A stretch of DNA of 51,749 bases, taken from the IMG/VR virus record IMGVR_UViG_3300020183_006961, positions 1 to 51,749 of that record. One strand, written 5' to 3'. Below are positions 10,601 through 20,200 of this stretch, piece by piece. This DNA is from a virus (lineage: Duplodnaviria > Caudoviricetes). The notes beneath the pieces were generated by a model that was given only the letters and a program-made list of their open reading frames with translations, had not been told where the DNA came from and made no database searches. The translations under genes and the position numbers were made by a program. Position 1 is the first letter of the stretch, and the number at the start of each line of letters is the position of its first letter.

Positions 10601-11063
10601 AGATGTAGAAATGCAATTAAGAAGCGCTGAGCGAATCGAGATTTACGGTAGTAGTTGGGCTGGAACTGATAATGTAGCTAAAGTACAGCGGATTAACAAT
10701 GAAGTCGGTCAAGATATACAAAATCAAATTGATCCACAAGCAAAAGGATTTTTTTCTCCTGTTTATGATATGCAGAATAATAGGCTAAACAGCGTAGCAG
10801 ACTATCATAGGTTGATAGAAAGCCTTAGTAATTCTCAAAATTTGCAATCCAATCATGAAATAAACTTTGAAATAATCGGTGATGCTACATTGGTTAATAC
10901 TTTTAGAGATTATTTAACACCAACAAAAGGTTTAAAAAGTTTAAATTTTTCTTTAGGGCAAGAAGGATTTCGTACAAATGTTTCTTTCGCAAACATTCCC
11001 GTTAAGCCGCCGAAGAAAGAAGCCATTTTAAATAAAATCAGTGCAAGATTAGATAGGCTATAA
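7611..11063 (+). CDS. Large structural protein, possible baseplate hub/Tal-like (1150 aa)
   Basis: 'YNGTLREVLNNWCADFGLNFYIF..IHFID' and a C-terminal 'KSLNFSLGQEGFRTNVSF' strand pair resemble hub-protein organisation; supported by module context. Confidence 0.5.
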   Translation: MGYQRIAGIKIKAQGGRFGNQTFPEGRAFGGWIYGGNLQMGFADSPTTLSLDIALDTQTDGTELLGNDGSVAGIGFDINSGDLRVNHTGVEQYYTITIGSTEFGPMYLTSYDINGATDSKTLKVEFTDYSMVLDKVYVGLFKREGYISKHKKTIVASPEIFALCPDCSVSSTRFFTVRGFPIGTIETAAYFINHYHPGGRDLLVQANPSENYSSYSNRAIKNSSAYATMATFSNQFAPSATAANSLNINGGTLIIGTEEFNENACADASNISYNFSELLQALARLNLKFTKVNSSILANSYLDIDKTLDKNRNYRQTYNGTLREVLNNWCADFGLNFYIFGKTIHFIDVSAGVNLQGLKDVMVPTNPLGQVFNSNTNFAIGNFSEKFNIKETYAQVIVTSSIRSRSVNKQNKQLKNVCGFTVTHPLDWLNPNRTPFASHETMYGQPFTAPYFINDYKKQNNRDYFIIDGKKNITHWFSNRSLTVIDTCAALINYNENIRDIYAGALITYSEMGDKISKQNGFNSFAFVPVLYLEGEQINDIKSFFLEKNFAKDTPNGVAQNNILAPEHFNLYVGFHDPKRVEEIKSWEKAIASKIGKYGILNKASLPHHPYLPLDRVDQPSFFVNNATAGKYMKVNSTTNPSSDNRMDYASDDFFLSDIFKASGNYASVLNDFSGLYVAQLDNEWGTKQEDFNLQLKELNRFQASTDCDNFKDIVARGQDHDDSTAPASFDLNDFTPKLIKLEEDDMDDLQEFLTNSINGDPSREALLAAVIDKKKETRSQNKIKQYSDLYCPKLYLLAIPRVGYPQGASFTNSEILTLCPHLQIEFGFTQPKRNDTMVIKLNKFSQDKEREKKKRFPKNVCDDSLLDTICASGVLANQKDCPDYSPDPNCKCPSPASDFFSNFNPGFSPDVVMNRPCRNINLILKVNHLTHNYVQTHNANNPVLKDDSFKGLSVIHEGESAPQYTKDQTQIDITYPIDSYPLIGSGFNYYNGILDQDVEMQLRSAERIEIYGSSWAGTDNVAKVQRINNEVGQDIQNQIDPQAKGFFSPVYDMQNNRLNSVADYHRLIESLSNSQNLQSNHEINFEIIGDATLVNTFRDYLTPTKGLKSLNFSLGQEGFRTNVSFANIPVKPPKKEAILNKISARLDRL

Positions 11064-11746
11064 TGACAACAACTGGAAAATTTGAAAAAAGTTTAATTGG
11101 ACTTAAAATTGCCAGCGTGGAACTGTCAAAATTTTCAATTGCAGAATTAGATGCGGGAAGTGTTGGCGAAAAAAAACAAATAACCATAAATGGAACAGGC
11201 AGTCAAAATTTAACATTATCTTTTGCGCCAGTAAGCGAATTTTCAAATTCATATTCAATAAGCATTTCTGGTACAAACATAAATTCTAATATAATAAACA
11301 AAAGCGTAGACAGTTTAATTCCAGGAGAAGAGGTTAGCATTAAATTTAATTTGCAGGACGAAAAAATAATTTTATTTATTGATGACAATTTAATTAATAG
11401 TTCATATTTTCCGGGAAGATTAAGTTCGTTTACAACTTCTGGCTCCGGTTTGAATTTTGACAATATAAATCTAACAAACCCGCCGAACGTAAGAATATTA
11501 ATACCCTCAATCGAAAGCTTGGAATCTAGAGAAAATTTATTAACAATACTTCCAGATCCAAATTTAAATTTAAAAATAACCGGAATTGATTTAATGACCA
11601 TAGACTCTAGAGCTGCCGGGTTTAAAATTTTTAGTGCGGTTAATATAATTTTATCCGGAGATCATGGCGAAAAAATTATAAACAAATATAATACCTCGGG
11701 AGTGTCTGGATTGTTAAGCGGCGCATGGGATGGTGACTTTTTATGA
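11063..11746 (+). CDS. Hypothetical structural protein (227 aa)
   Basis: TAATG-coupled ORF in the structural operon; I/S/N-rich beta composition. Confidence 0.6.
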   Translation: MTTTGKFEKSLIGLKIASVELSKFSIAELDAGSVGEKKQITINGTGSQNLTLSFAPVSEFSNSYSISISGTNINSNIINKSVDSLIPGEEVSIKFNLQDEKIILFIDDNLINSSYFPGRLSSFTTSGSGLNFDNINLTNPPNVRILIPSIESLESRENLLTILPDPNLNLKITGIDLMTIDSRAAGFKIFSAVNIILSGDHGEKIINKYNTSGVSGLLSGAWDGDFL

Positions 11747-13011
11747 AGCTTTGCAAAGACATTAATTTAAGTGTTAAGCTATTTACAGAGATTGGTAAAT
11801 TCGAATACCTTTTACCAGACACAGTTTGTAAAGAGTTTTCGGCGGTTGTTACAAATTATACTCATCCTATAGAATCTTTTTTGAATTTTTCGTTTTTTGG
11901 AAAAACGGGATTGAATCAATTTACTTTTTCCGAATCTGAGCAAGAAAATATTTTTTTATATAATTTAACTAAAAAAGATTCTGATGGAAATTTTTTAAAT
12001 GCAACGGGAATTTTAGAATTGTATCCCAGTTTATCCGGGTTAAAAACTGGAAATTTTATAACTGGAATTCAAATAACCAAAAGCGGGCTTTACTCAAAAG
12101 TTCCAACTATAGAATTTGCTTCTTACTCTGGAATAGATTCTATAAGTGTAAATGAGTTGAATCTTATTTCTGATAATGCGGGGGATTCTTTTGATTTGAT
12201 TTTCGAGGGAAACGGAGCGGGAGTGAGCGCAACCGCTTTTACTAAGAAAACAGGAATTACTTTATTTACTGATCAAAACCCTTCGCATAAATTTAGAACA
12301 ATCACGGGAATAATAGTAAAAAGCGGGGGCCATGGATTTGATGGACTTTATTCGGTGAAAATGCCCGAGGATATAACAGATTATCCAAAAGCATATCCTG
12401 ATGAAGATGCCACTAGCTTAGGATACTCTCCGGTAAGTTTTTCAACTAATTTTGTAAAAACTGCCGGTGAATCTGCTGGAATAGCGGTTTTGTCTAGTGG
12501 TTCCTCTGGGGTATTGTCTGGAATAATTATTTTAGGTGCTGGAACGGGTTACAAGACTGGCGCGATACAATTCCCAAAATTTGAAGTAATAAGATCCACA
12601 GAGGATATTTTCAGGCACAACGAAGTAATCTCTCCTGATATTTATAAAGCTATTGGAGTTTGCATTCTAAACACTTCTGGGGAAAATATGGACTTTGACA
12701 AAAAATTTGAGTTTTCGTACTCTAGGCAATACAATGGGGAATACGATGCCTTTACTGAATTCTCTCAGGCCAAAACTCTTTCTAAGTCTATAGATTTTTC
12801 TAAAGATTATGGAAAATTTTATTTGAAAGTAAAATCTAAAAATTCTAGTGTATTAGCTGATAATTTTATAAATTATAATTTTTATGAAACTGGAACGGAT
12901 AAATCTGGAAATTCTTCTTTTATTAGAGTCGTGAATAATTATACGATTGAAAAAAATGAAATAGAAACAGAAGAGGGAGAGTTTTTGCCTGGAGTAAATT
13001 TCACATTGTGA
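11743..13011 (+). CDS. Probable virion protein with ITGIxIxxSGxGY-like repeats (422 aa)
   Basis: ATGA overlap; three repeats ITGIQITKSGLY, ITGIIVKSGGHGF and LSGIIILGAGTGY, a pattern common in large-phage baseplate/tail proteins. Confidence 0.6.
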   Translation: MKLCKDINLSVKLFTEIGKFEYLLPDTVCKEFSAVVTNYTHPIESFLNFSFFGKTGLNQFTFSESEQENIFLYNLTKKDSDGNFLNATGILELYPSLSGLKTGNFITGIQITKSGLYSKVPTIEFASYSGIDSISVNELNLISDNAGDSFDLIFEGNGAGVSATAFTKKTGITLFTDQNPSHKFRTITGIIVKSGGHGFDGLYSVKMPEDITDYPKAYPDEDATSLGYSPVSFSTNFVKTAGESAGIAVLSSGSSGVLSGIIILGAGTGYKTGAIQFPKFEVIRSTEDIFRHNEVISPDIYKAIGVCILNTSGENMDFDKKFEFSYSRQYNGEYDAFTEFSQAKTLSKSIDFSKDYGKFYLKVKSKNSSVLADNFINYNFYETGTDKSGNSSFIRVVNNYTIEKNEIETEEGEFLPGVNFTL

Positions 13012-13018
13012 GAATAAC

Positions 13019-14155
13019 ATGATATCAAGAAAACAATTGAAAGCAAGAATAATTGGTCTTTGGGGAGATCCGGGGCTTACTGAGTATTTCCATTACGATC
13101 TTCTTAGCCGATTTTTAATCGTGCAAACCGAACCTTTTGATCAGCCCGCTCATGTGGGAAATTATAGTAGACGAATAAAATTAGTTTTGAGACCGAAATC
13201 CTTATGGATTACCGCCGACAAAAATAACGGAGAAACGAGAAGAGATGTATTTGGTAATACAAATGGTCAAAATACGATAGGGTCCTCGCAGAATACTTCT
13301 AGCAAAAGTAATAATGGACTAGCTAGAGCTGAGTATACCTTTGAAAATATACAACCGATATCACCAAGTTACAAGTTGGGAGATCTTATAGATATTACTG
13401 AGATTCCTCGGCCAATAGAATTTAAACCTAACCTTGGTCGAACGGTTCAGTCCAATAACTCCGATTCCTATGAAGGAGTTAAAATTTTCGAAACGGATGA
13501 TCCACGACAAGTAGATTTTACTACTAATCTAGGGAGTAGTCTAAAGTCCATCACACCGGATCCAAGCCTTTCACCTGTTAGGACAGATCGCTTCGGTAAC
13601 CAAATCAATGGGTACGGCAAAGTAGTTGATCCTGCTCTCAACTCGCCCCCCCAGCCGCCCTCGCTCATACCCAGCGCAAAATTTGGTTCTATGTCACTTA
13701 CGTACAAAAATTTAACGCCAGTTTATCCTTACTTAAACTTACCGAGTTATCTTTTTTATCATACAGATGACAAAAAACCATTCATATGTTATTTTAATGG
13801 AAGGACACGTCCGAGTCTCGTGCCGAGTGGCATGGTTTATTTTCTTGCATTTTTAGAAATTCTAAAAATAATAGACCCAACATACCCACTTTTAGATAAA
13901 ACAAAAAATCCCGATCCTTTTAGCGCCTGTCAAAAAATCCTAGTACCTCGGCTTGAGACTACGGCTGCATTTGGTAGAAAGAATGGGTTGTACTGGGATA
14001 TGGAACAGTTTACTTCCGTAAGATATATGGACATGAATACAAATGGGAGGTCGCGTTCAGACTCCGGCGGATGCATTCCTTCTGTGATAGTAAGTCCTTC
14101 TACGTTTCCAACTCCCGTATCAAGAAACCTTGGGGGAGTTAATATAAGAATTTAA
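13019..14155 (+). CDS. Hypothetical protein (378 aa), last gene of the first structural block
   Basis: Long ORF 7 bp after the previous stop; overlaps the convergent gene by 17 bp. Confidence 0.65.
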   Translation: MISRKQLKARIIGLWGDPGLTEYFHYDLLSRFLIVQTEPFDQPAHVGNYSRRIKLVLRPKSLWITADKNNGETRRDVFGNTNGQNTIGSSQNTSSKSNNGLARAEYTFENIQPISPSYKLGDLIDITEIPRPIEFKPNLGRTVQSNNSDSYEGVKIFETDDPRQVDFTTNLGSSLKSITPDPSLSPVRTDRFGNQINGYGKVVDPALNSPPQPPSLIPSAKFGSMSLTYKNLTPVYPYLNLPSYLFYHTDDKKPFICYFNGRTRPSLVPSGMVYFLAFLEILKIIDPTYPLLDKTKNPDPFSACQKILVPRLETTAAFGRKNGLYWDMEQFTSVRYMDMNTNGRSRSDSGGCIPSVIVSPSTFPTPVSRNLGGVNIRI

Positions 14156-15314
14156 CAATCCAACTATTTTTAAGGTCTGAAAAAAACAACTCTGAGTCAT
14201 TTACAGAGTGAAAATCTAGATAGTTTTCTGAGTTTTCATCTTTTTGTAAGTGACTCTCCGAAACGTATGTTTTCCCATTGGAGAAAAGTAAATAATTATT
14301 TTTAAATTTATAATTTCCGCCAGAACTTTTAATTAAATTTTCTATGGCTTTTTCTTGCTCAGTTTTAATGTGAGAATGAATATCGCAATATCTGTAGTAA
14401 TTAATTTTTTTATCTTTAATTTTTTCCTCGCTTAGTTTTGAAACGCAGTCAAAAAGAATTCCATTTTCAAATAGAAATTTTACGAATTCTGGAGAATCGT
14501 TTTCTTCAACTAAATAAATTATTTTGGCGATGTTTTGTTTTAGATTGGTGATAAGGTCTTGTCTGATGGGTTTATTGGTTGTGATGATGCATTTTTGAGT
14601 TTTTAATTGATGCTCAAGAATCTCTTCATTAAACAAAAGATCCATTCTTATTTCCGGGATCATTGAGCTGGAGGAAACAATTTTGTTCGGTAAAAATCCA
14701 GAGGATATGTTATCACCAAAGTTTTCCCCGATAAAAACCGTGGTGAAGTTGATTCTTTCAGAAATTTCTAATAGTTCCAGCACGCTGTTTGCAATTTCTT
14801 CGGGACGAATATTATTTATGGAATTCGGATTCTCAGTATATGAGTAGCATCTTTTTCTACCGTTCTTGTCTGAGTCTATTAGTTTATGATCTTTGGGGTT
14901 TCCCCAAAATGGACCCGTGTTTTGAGGAGCGCTTGGAGAGTATATTGCAACAATTTTCTTATTATAAAAACTAGCAAAATGCACGGGCATACTATCTATA
15001 CCAAAGTGCAGCATTGAGTTTTTAATTAAAAAAGCTAGTTGCCCAATGTTTGTCGCTCCTAATGCGTTAGAAATTCTATTTAGGGGCTTATCTTTTTTCG
15101 TTCCGACTTGTAAAATTTTAATGCCGTGCTTATCTAAAATTGGAGTTAATAAATCAATCACCGCTTGCCAATATTTGTATGCTCTTGATTGGTGATTTGT
15201 GTCTCGATGAAATGTAATATATTTATCAAAATCTAAAGGAAAAAAAGACTCATAAATATAAGGCTCGCCAATTTTAACACCGCAAGACAAAGCGTAATTT
15301 TCTAGTAGATGCAT
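14139..15314 (-). CDS. GT9 (ADP-heptose:LPS heptosyltransferase)-like glycosyltransferase
   Basis: 'ILQVG', 'LGATNIGQLAFLIKNSMLHFGIDSMPVHFA..KKIVAIY..P..TGP' match the GT9 C-terminal signature (DSxxxHxA). Confidence 0.75.
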   Translation of the reverse strand: MHLLENYALSCGVKIGEPYIYESFFPLDFDKYITFHRDTNHQSRAYKYWQAVIDLLTPILDKHGIKILQVGTKKDKPLNRISNALGATNIGQLAFLIKNSMLHFGIDSMPVHFASFYNKKIVAIYSPSAPQNTGPFWGNPKDHKLIDSDKNGRKRCYSYTENPNSINNIRPEEIANSVLELLEISERINFTTVFIGENFGDNISSGFLPNKIVSSSSMIPEIRMDLLFNEEILEHQLKTQKCIITTNKPIRQDLITNLKQNIAKIIYLVEENDSPEFVKFLFENGILFDCVSKLSEEKIKDKKINYYRYCDIHSHIKTEQEKAIENLIKSSGGNYKFKNNYLLFSNGKTYVSESHLQKDENSENYLDFHSVNDSELFFSDLKNSWIVKFLY

Positions 15315-15329
15315 ATAATATTGTAATTG

Positions 15330-17234
15330 TTAATCTTTAAGATTTAAAGTGATTCTATCTTTACCATTGTGTTGATAATTATAAAATCTTTGCGTGGCTC
15401 CATAAGGTAAGAATGCAACTTCAAAATAACCTTTGTGATCTCCAACGCCTTCTAGCCATAACAACTGATCCATTTGCGGAATATAATTTAAAATTTTATG
15501 AATGTATGGATTGCCTTGTAGAATTTCCATAAATTCAGGCTTTGTTGCCACATACAAATTATATTCAGGATAAGTTTCTTTTAGATTTTTAAAAAGAGAA
15601 GTGCATAAAAAAAGATCTCCTCCACTTTCGGGCATTACCACAATCATTCTTTTACCCTCATCATTCGGATCTAATAAATCTTTAAAATCTGTTTTTTTAT
15701 TTTTATTATTATCTTCTAACGCTACTTGCCGAAAATATTTTTCAATGACTTCTCTTTTTTGACCTTTTTTAATTTCATTAAGCCAGTAATCCCTACCATC
15801 ATCCTCAACCTGATCTCTAACTAGAATATTTTTATACAGAGAAGTGATCCATTCATGGTCATTTGGATTGTTTTCTACGATCGCATATGGATTTTTTTGT
15901 TTCTCTTGAAAATCAAGATTTTCTAAAAATGGAGAAGCGTCAATAAAGTTTTCTATTTTTTTGCCAATCACTTCTGCTGAGAAATTTTCTAGCGTCCATT
16001 TTCTAGCTGCCCTTTCCATTTCTCTTTTTTTGTTATCGTTCATTTCGAGAACTTTTTGGAGCTGTTTTGCAATTGAACCGGGGAGCGTTGAAGCTTTTAT
16101 AAATTCTGTGCCGTGCTCCCTATATTCTGACCAGTCCAAGGGGAGTGAATTTGCGCCCTCTTCGCACATCTCCTCTCCGCAGCTATAGTTGGTAACCAGT
16201 GTTATAAGTTCAGCTAATTTAGCCTCTTGGATGGGTATTTCTTGCCCACCAGAGGTGAATGGATGGCAATAAACATCCATTAGATTATAAACCTCATTTA
16301 ATTGAGGCTCAGTAACGCCTATTGATACGTTTGTAGTAACGCAGGCTTTATTTTTACAATGGGGGCATTCGGAGTCTTCTCCAACAAAGGGCCTCACAGA
16401 GTATCCTCTGCATGCTTTGCATATATAGGTGGTTAAAATATCAGATTCGGCCACTTTATACTCTGCCGCAAGCTTTCGAATATTCCAACCTTCAGAAAAA
16501 TGAGTATGAAGCAGCAATTTTGTGCTTAAAGATGGGTTATTCTTTTTAAAAATAGAAAAACCCTCAAGAAGGTTGGGAACGCTCTTTCTAAGCTGATTGC
16601 GGAATACGAATCCAATAATAAAATCATTTTTGTTTATTTTATGCTTTTCTCTTAAAGCTTCTCTTTGAGTCTTTAGTAGTCTGAAAAATTTATCAGATTC
16701 TAGGGCTCCGTGTAAGGTTTGCACATTCTGAAAGCCGGAAGCTTTCATTGATTTCTCAGCAAAATTGCTCCAAACCCAGAAGTTTTTGGCTTTTTTGGCG
16801 GCTTGTAACGCGGTTGGGAGAATTGGCAATGAGTCTAGAGTTGTCCAAAGTGCTGAAGAGACTTTATTAAACCAGGGTTTTTCTATTGCAAAATCAATGC
16901 CCCAAATATCCTGAACGGCAATATAAACATCCGGCTTCTCCTGCTCAATTATTCTATTTAAATTATAGTCTCCATAAGATGCTCTTCTTGCATTATTAGG
17001 ATCTTGATTTAATTGATTCAATTCTTGCTGAGAATCGGGTAGCGTACCAAAACTTTTCCAAGGAGTTCTTCCGAGAACTGGATTGCTCCAATTCATGCCA
17101 ACTGCATAATTTATTATTTCATATTTATTGGTTTTATGAAGATATTCAAGAACTGCTTTTGTGTTTCTGCCAAAGCCAGTATTTGCCAAAGCAAAATCAC
17201 TTTGAAACACTATTTTTTTCTTTCTTTTAATCAT
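15330..17234 (-). CDS. Multidomain GT4-like (GT-B) glycosyltransferase with a Zn-ribbon insert and a GT9-like C-terminal fragment
   Basis: 'TGFG', 'RNQLRKSVPNLLEGF', 'YNLMDVYCHPFTSGGQEIPIQEA'; CxxC..CxxC insert; C-terminal 'GGDLFLCTSLFKNLKETYP...NPYIHKI'. Start reassigned to MIKRKKKIVF (17234) to avoid overlap with the divergent gene. Confidence 0.8.
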   Translation of the reverse strand: MIKRKKKIVFQSDFALANTGFGRNTKAVLEYLHKTNKYEIINYAVGMNWSNPVLGRTPWKSFGTLPDSQQELNQLNQDPNNARRASYGDYNLNRIIEQEKPDVYIAVQDIWGIDFAIEKPWFNKVSSALWTTLDSLPILPTALQAAKKAKNFWVWSNFAEKSMKASGFQNVQTLHGALESDKFFRLLKTQREALREKHKINKNDFIIGFVFRNQLRKSVPNLLEGFSIFKKNNPSLSTKLLLHTHFSEGWNIRKLAAEYKVAESDILTTYICKACRGYSVRPFVGEDSECPHCKNKACVTTNVSIGVTEPQLNEVYNLMDVYCHPFTSGGQEIPIQEAKLAELITLVTNYSCGEEMCEEGANSLPLDWSEYREHGTEFIKASTLPGSIAKQLQKVLEMNDNKKREMERAARKWTLENFSAEVIGKKIENFIDASPFLENLDFQEKQKNPYAIVENNPNDHEWITSLYKNILVRDQVEDDGRDYWLNEIKKGQKREVIEKYFRQVALEDNNKNKKTDFKDLLDPNDEGKRMIVVMPESGGDLFLCTSLFKNLKETYPEYNLYVATKPEFMEILQGNPYIHKILNYIPQMDQLLWLEGVGDHKGYFEVAFLPYGATQRFYNYQHNGKDRITLNLKD

Positions 17235-17251
17235 TTGAGCTTGGACTTTGT

Positions 17252-17280
17252 TTAGAATAAGTTTATTTAAAGTGTAAAAT
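17252..17280 (+). promoter_or_regulatory. Putative promoter TTAGAA-17-TAAAAT, 6 nt before a GTG start (leaderless)
   Basis: Motif spacing read directly; the -35 is weak and GTG precedes the -10. Confidence 0.4.
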
Positions 17281-17286
17281 AAAATA

Positions 17287-20200
17287 GTGAATTTAAATAA
17301 TAAAACAGGTTTTAGTTTCAAAGCGGGGGGATTTTACGATGGTTCATTTCCGATTATAAAAGAGGGAGCGATCGAAAAGGTTTTTGACTGGAATTCGGGG
17401 CTAAAAACGGCTTTTCCGCATAATGGTGATGCAGATACGCTTGGATATGCTTTATTAATGTCAGGAAATATCTCCGAGAAAATTTATGAAACGTGTCACG
17501 GAGTTGGTTACCATGAAGACGACATAGGTACGAAGGCGGGTAGAACGGGAGAATATAATTTTTATAATGCTCCCTATGGCCCTGGATATTATCAGCCCCC
17601 ATTCGGAGAATTTCATTCCATTGCCGAAGGGGAGGATACCATAAAAAGTTCTTCAACAAGAAAACTTGGAGAATTAAACAAACCCGATCAGCTGAATCTT
17701 TTTGGCTTAAGATTAAGAGAAGTGCAGAATACTAAAGGCTATCAGGGATTTGACGAATGTATGGCCAGCATCGAATCCGCTCCAATGGTCCGCTTTCATG
17801 AGGTACCGAGCTACTGTCCGAGGAAAGCAAACCAAAAAAAAGTTGAAAAATATGTTCTTGCATACCCACACCTATCCGTCGGAAGTCTAGCGACTTATGA
17901 ATTAACTAACGGCGGTTTTTCCCATGGACTTTTTGGCGGAAATATTTATAATCACAACCCATTTCCCTGCTCGTATGATCGAGGAATGATCATTGTAAAT
18001 TCAGTTTACAAGATGGTAAACAGGCCAAGCATGCCGTTTACGGCGGCGAAGTGTAGGTATGATATAACCGGGCCGGTTGGAGTCACAAAACTAAATCCCT
18101 ACGACAGAGCTGGTGATTATCCGACTCTTAACGAGGGATTAAAAGGCGGTAAAAGTAATCCAGATGGATTCCCAAATTCACCAACACCCGTATCCTTTAC
18201 ACAGGAGTCAAAAGAACGTCATGTTGAGGGATTAGCTGACTTTGATATGAATTCGGTGAAAAAATTCATCTTGTTTGGTAAGGGAGCGGATCGATTTTTT
18301 TCTTTTAATGCAGGTATGTATTGGGATTTTGTTTTTAAAGGTAATCACAGAATTTTACCGTTTGGTAACGAAACCGAAATTAATGGAAAGCAAGCCATTA
18401 AGCAAAATGACCTTGAAAGAGAAAATCACTGGTGGGAGCATAGAGAATATCCACAAAACATAGATTTTTTAAATCATGCTTATGGTAATAATTTAAATGC
18501 GTGTCCATCTAATTATTTAGATGTTCCATACTATGCTTCTATTGGAAGATTCGGTTATTTAGGAGCTAGATTTCAAAATACTTTAACCAAAGGAAAAACA
18601 GGCGCAGATCACCCGGATGGTTTGTTTGCACACGTAGGGTATGAGAAATCTTCAAGCCCGGTGAAGGATAGTATGTCCAATAATTACGATACGTTACTGA
18701 AAACGGCGGCAACTGAGGCTCAAAATTATAGTTGGTTTGTTAGCGATAGATCGTTATTTTTAAATTTAAATAAAAATATTTTATCGGGATCGCAGGAATA
18801 TAAAGATTTTAAAAATTCAACAAGTATAACTCAGGAGGTTAAAGATTCTTTTGATGTTTTGTGCGATATTGGAGCGACCGGGTTAAACTTTACTACCGCA
18901 GAACAATCCGGAACCAAAAATGATTTTTTTATATCAGGAATAAACCGGGGGCCAGAATCATTCGTGTATGATGAAAGTCCAATAGAAAAATTAGCGCTGA
19001 ATTTAAGTGGGGCAGACTTGTTGAGTTTTGATAATTTGATAAAAAAATATGCATCTTTTAAAGTCAAAGATGTCATTGGAAATATAGACACCGAATGGTA
19101 TGATAATGTTACTAATCAAAAAAGAAGAAGAATAGCTAGTGGATACTATAGTAATATAGTATTAGGAAACCCGGTTGATTTATTTCCTGATAATCAGATC
19201 ACTTTTTGTTTAGAGAAGGCTAATGATTTTATAAATTCAAAATATATAAAATTTGCCACGATCAATCCAAGTTCGAATCAAGGGCCAACTGAAGAAGTTC
19301 CAGTAACAGACCGAAGATATTTTTCTACATCTTTTTCAAAACAAACTGAGTTAGATCGCGTATCGGGAATTGTTTCGGAAGCGAAGAATAAAATAAAATC
19401 AATTTCCCCTCACAAATACAATAACGATTTAACTGGTTCTACAAATAATTTTTACCTTGGCAACATGAACAGAAAAAAATGCGGTATAGATAATTTTATA
19501 CCCGAAAGGGAGGTTAGCGGGGGTCGCTCGCTGGGATCAGCCAATCTTTCGCTTACCGTAATAAATCCGCCACATAAATATCAGGGCGCGATTTTTAACT
19601 CAAGCCATTGGTCGAAATTTGCTGCAGTGCCGTGGACCACTGATGAGGATCAAGATGGAAACCCTATAGCTATCCCGCCCGTAGAAGATTATCGTATAAA
19701 TCCACTAAGAAGTGGTTGGCACACGGTTGGCTTGGGGGATATAGGAAAAATAAAAGGTCATTCAAATTTTTCATGCTTTTTACCCCTTTTTCTCCAGCAG
19801 CCGAGGAATGAATTTGTTAAATTACGCCAACCACCAAAATTTAGAGTTTACGCTTTAGATTATCATTCTATACCAGAAGAAAAAATAAGAGAAAATTTAG
19901 GCACTGCACCACGAGCAAGAGGCACAATAAGCAATGTCGGAAATGGGTTCGGAGACGATGGTGGACGAATTCCTGGCCATCCAGAAATTAATTATTGGCT
20001 TTTAAAAACAAAAACAACAAATCAAAGAGGTAAAAATTTATATCCACTGAAATATAAATGGTATAGAATAACCCGAACTAATGCTCCAAATTATTATAAA
20101 ACTAAAAACCAAAATCTTTTAGAAGCATCATCTATTATTGGAGATTGGTGCTGTGCAGAAGGAGATGGCCCAGATTGCACGGTCATTAAACCGAAAGAAT

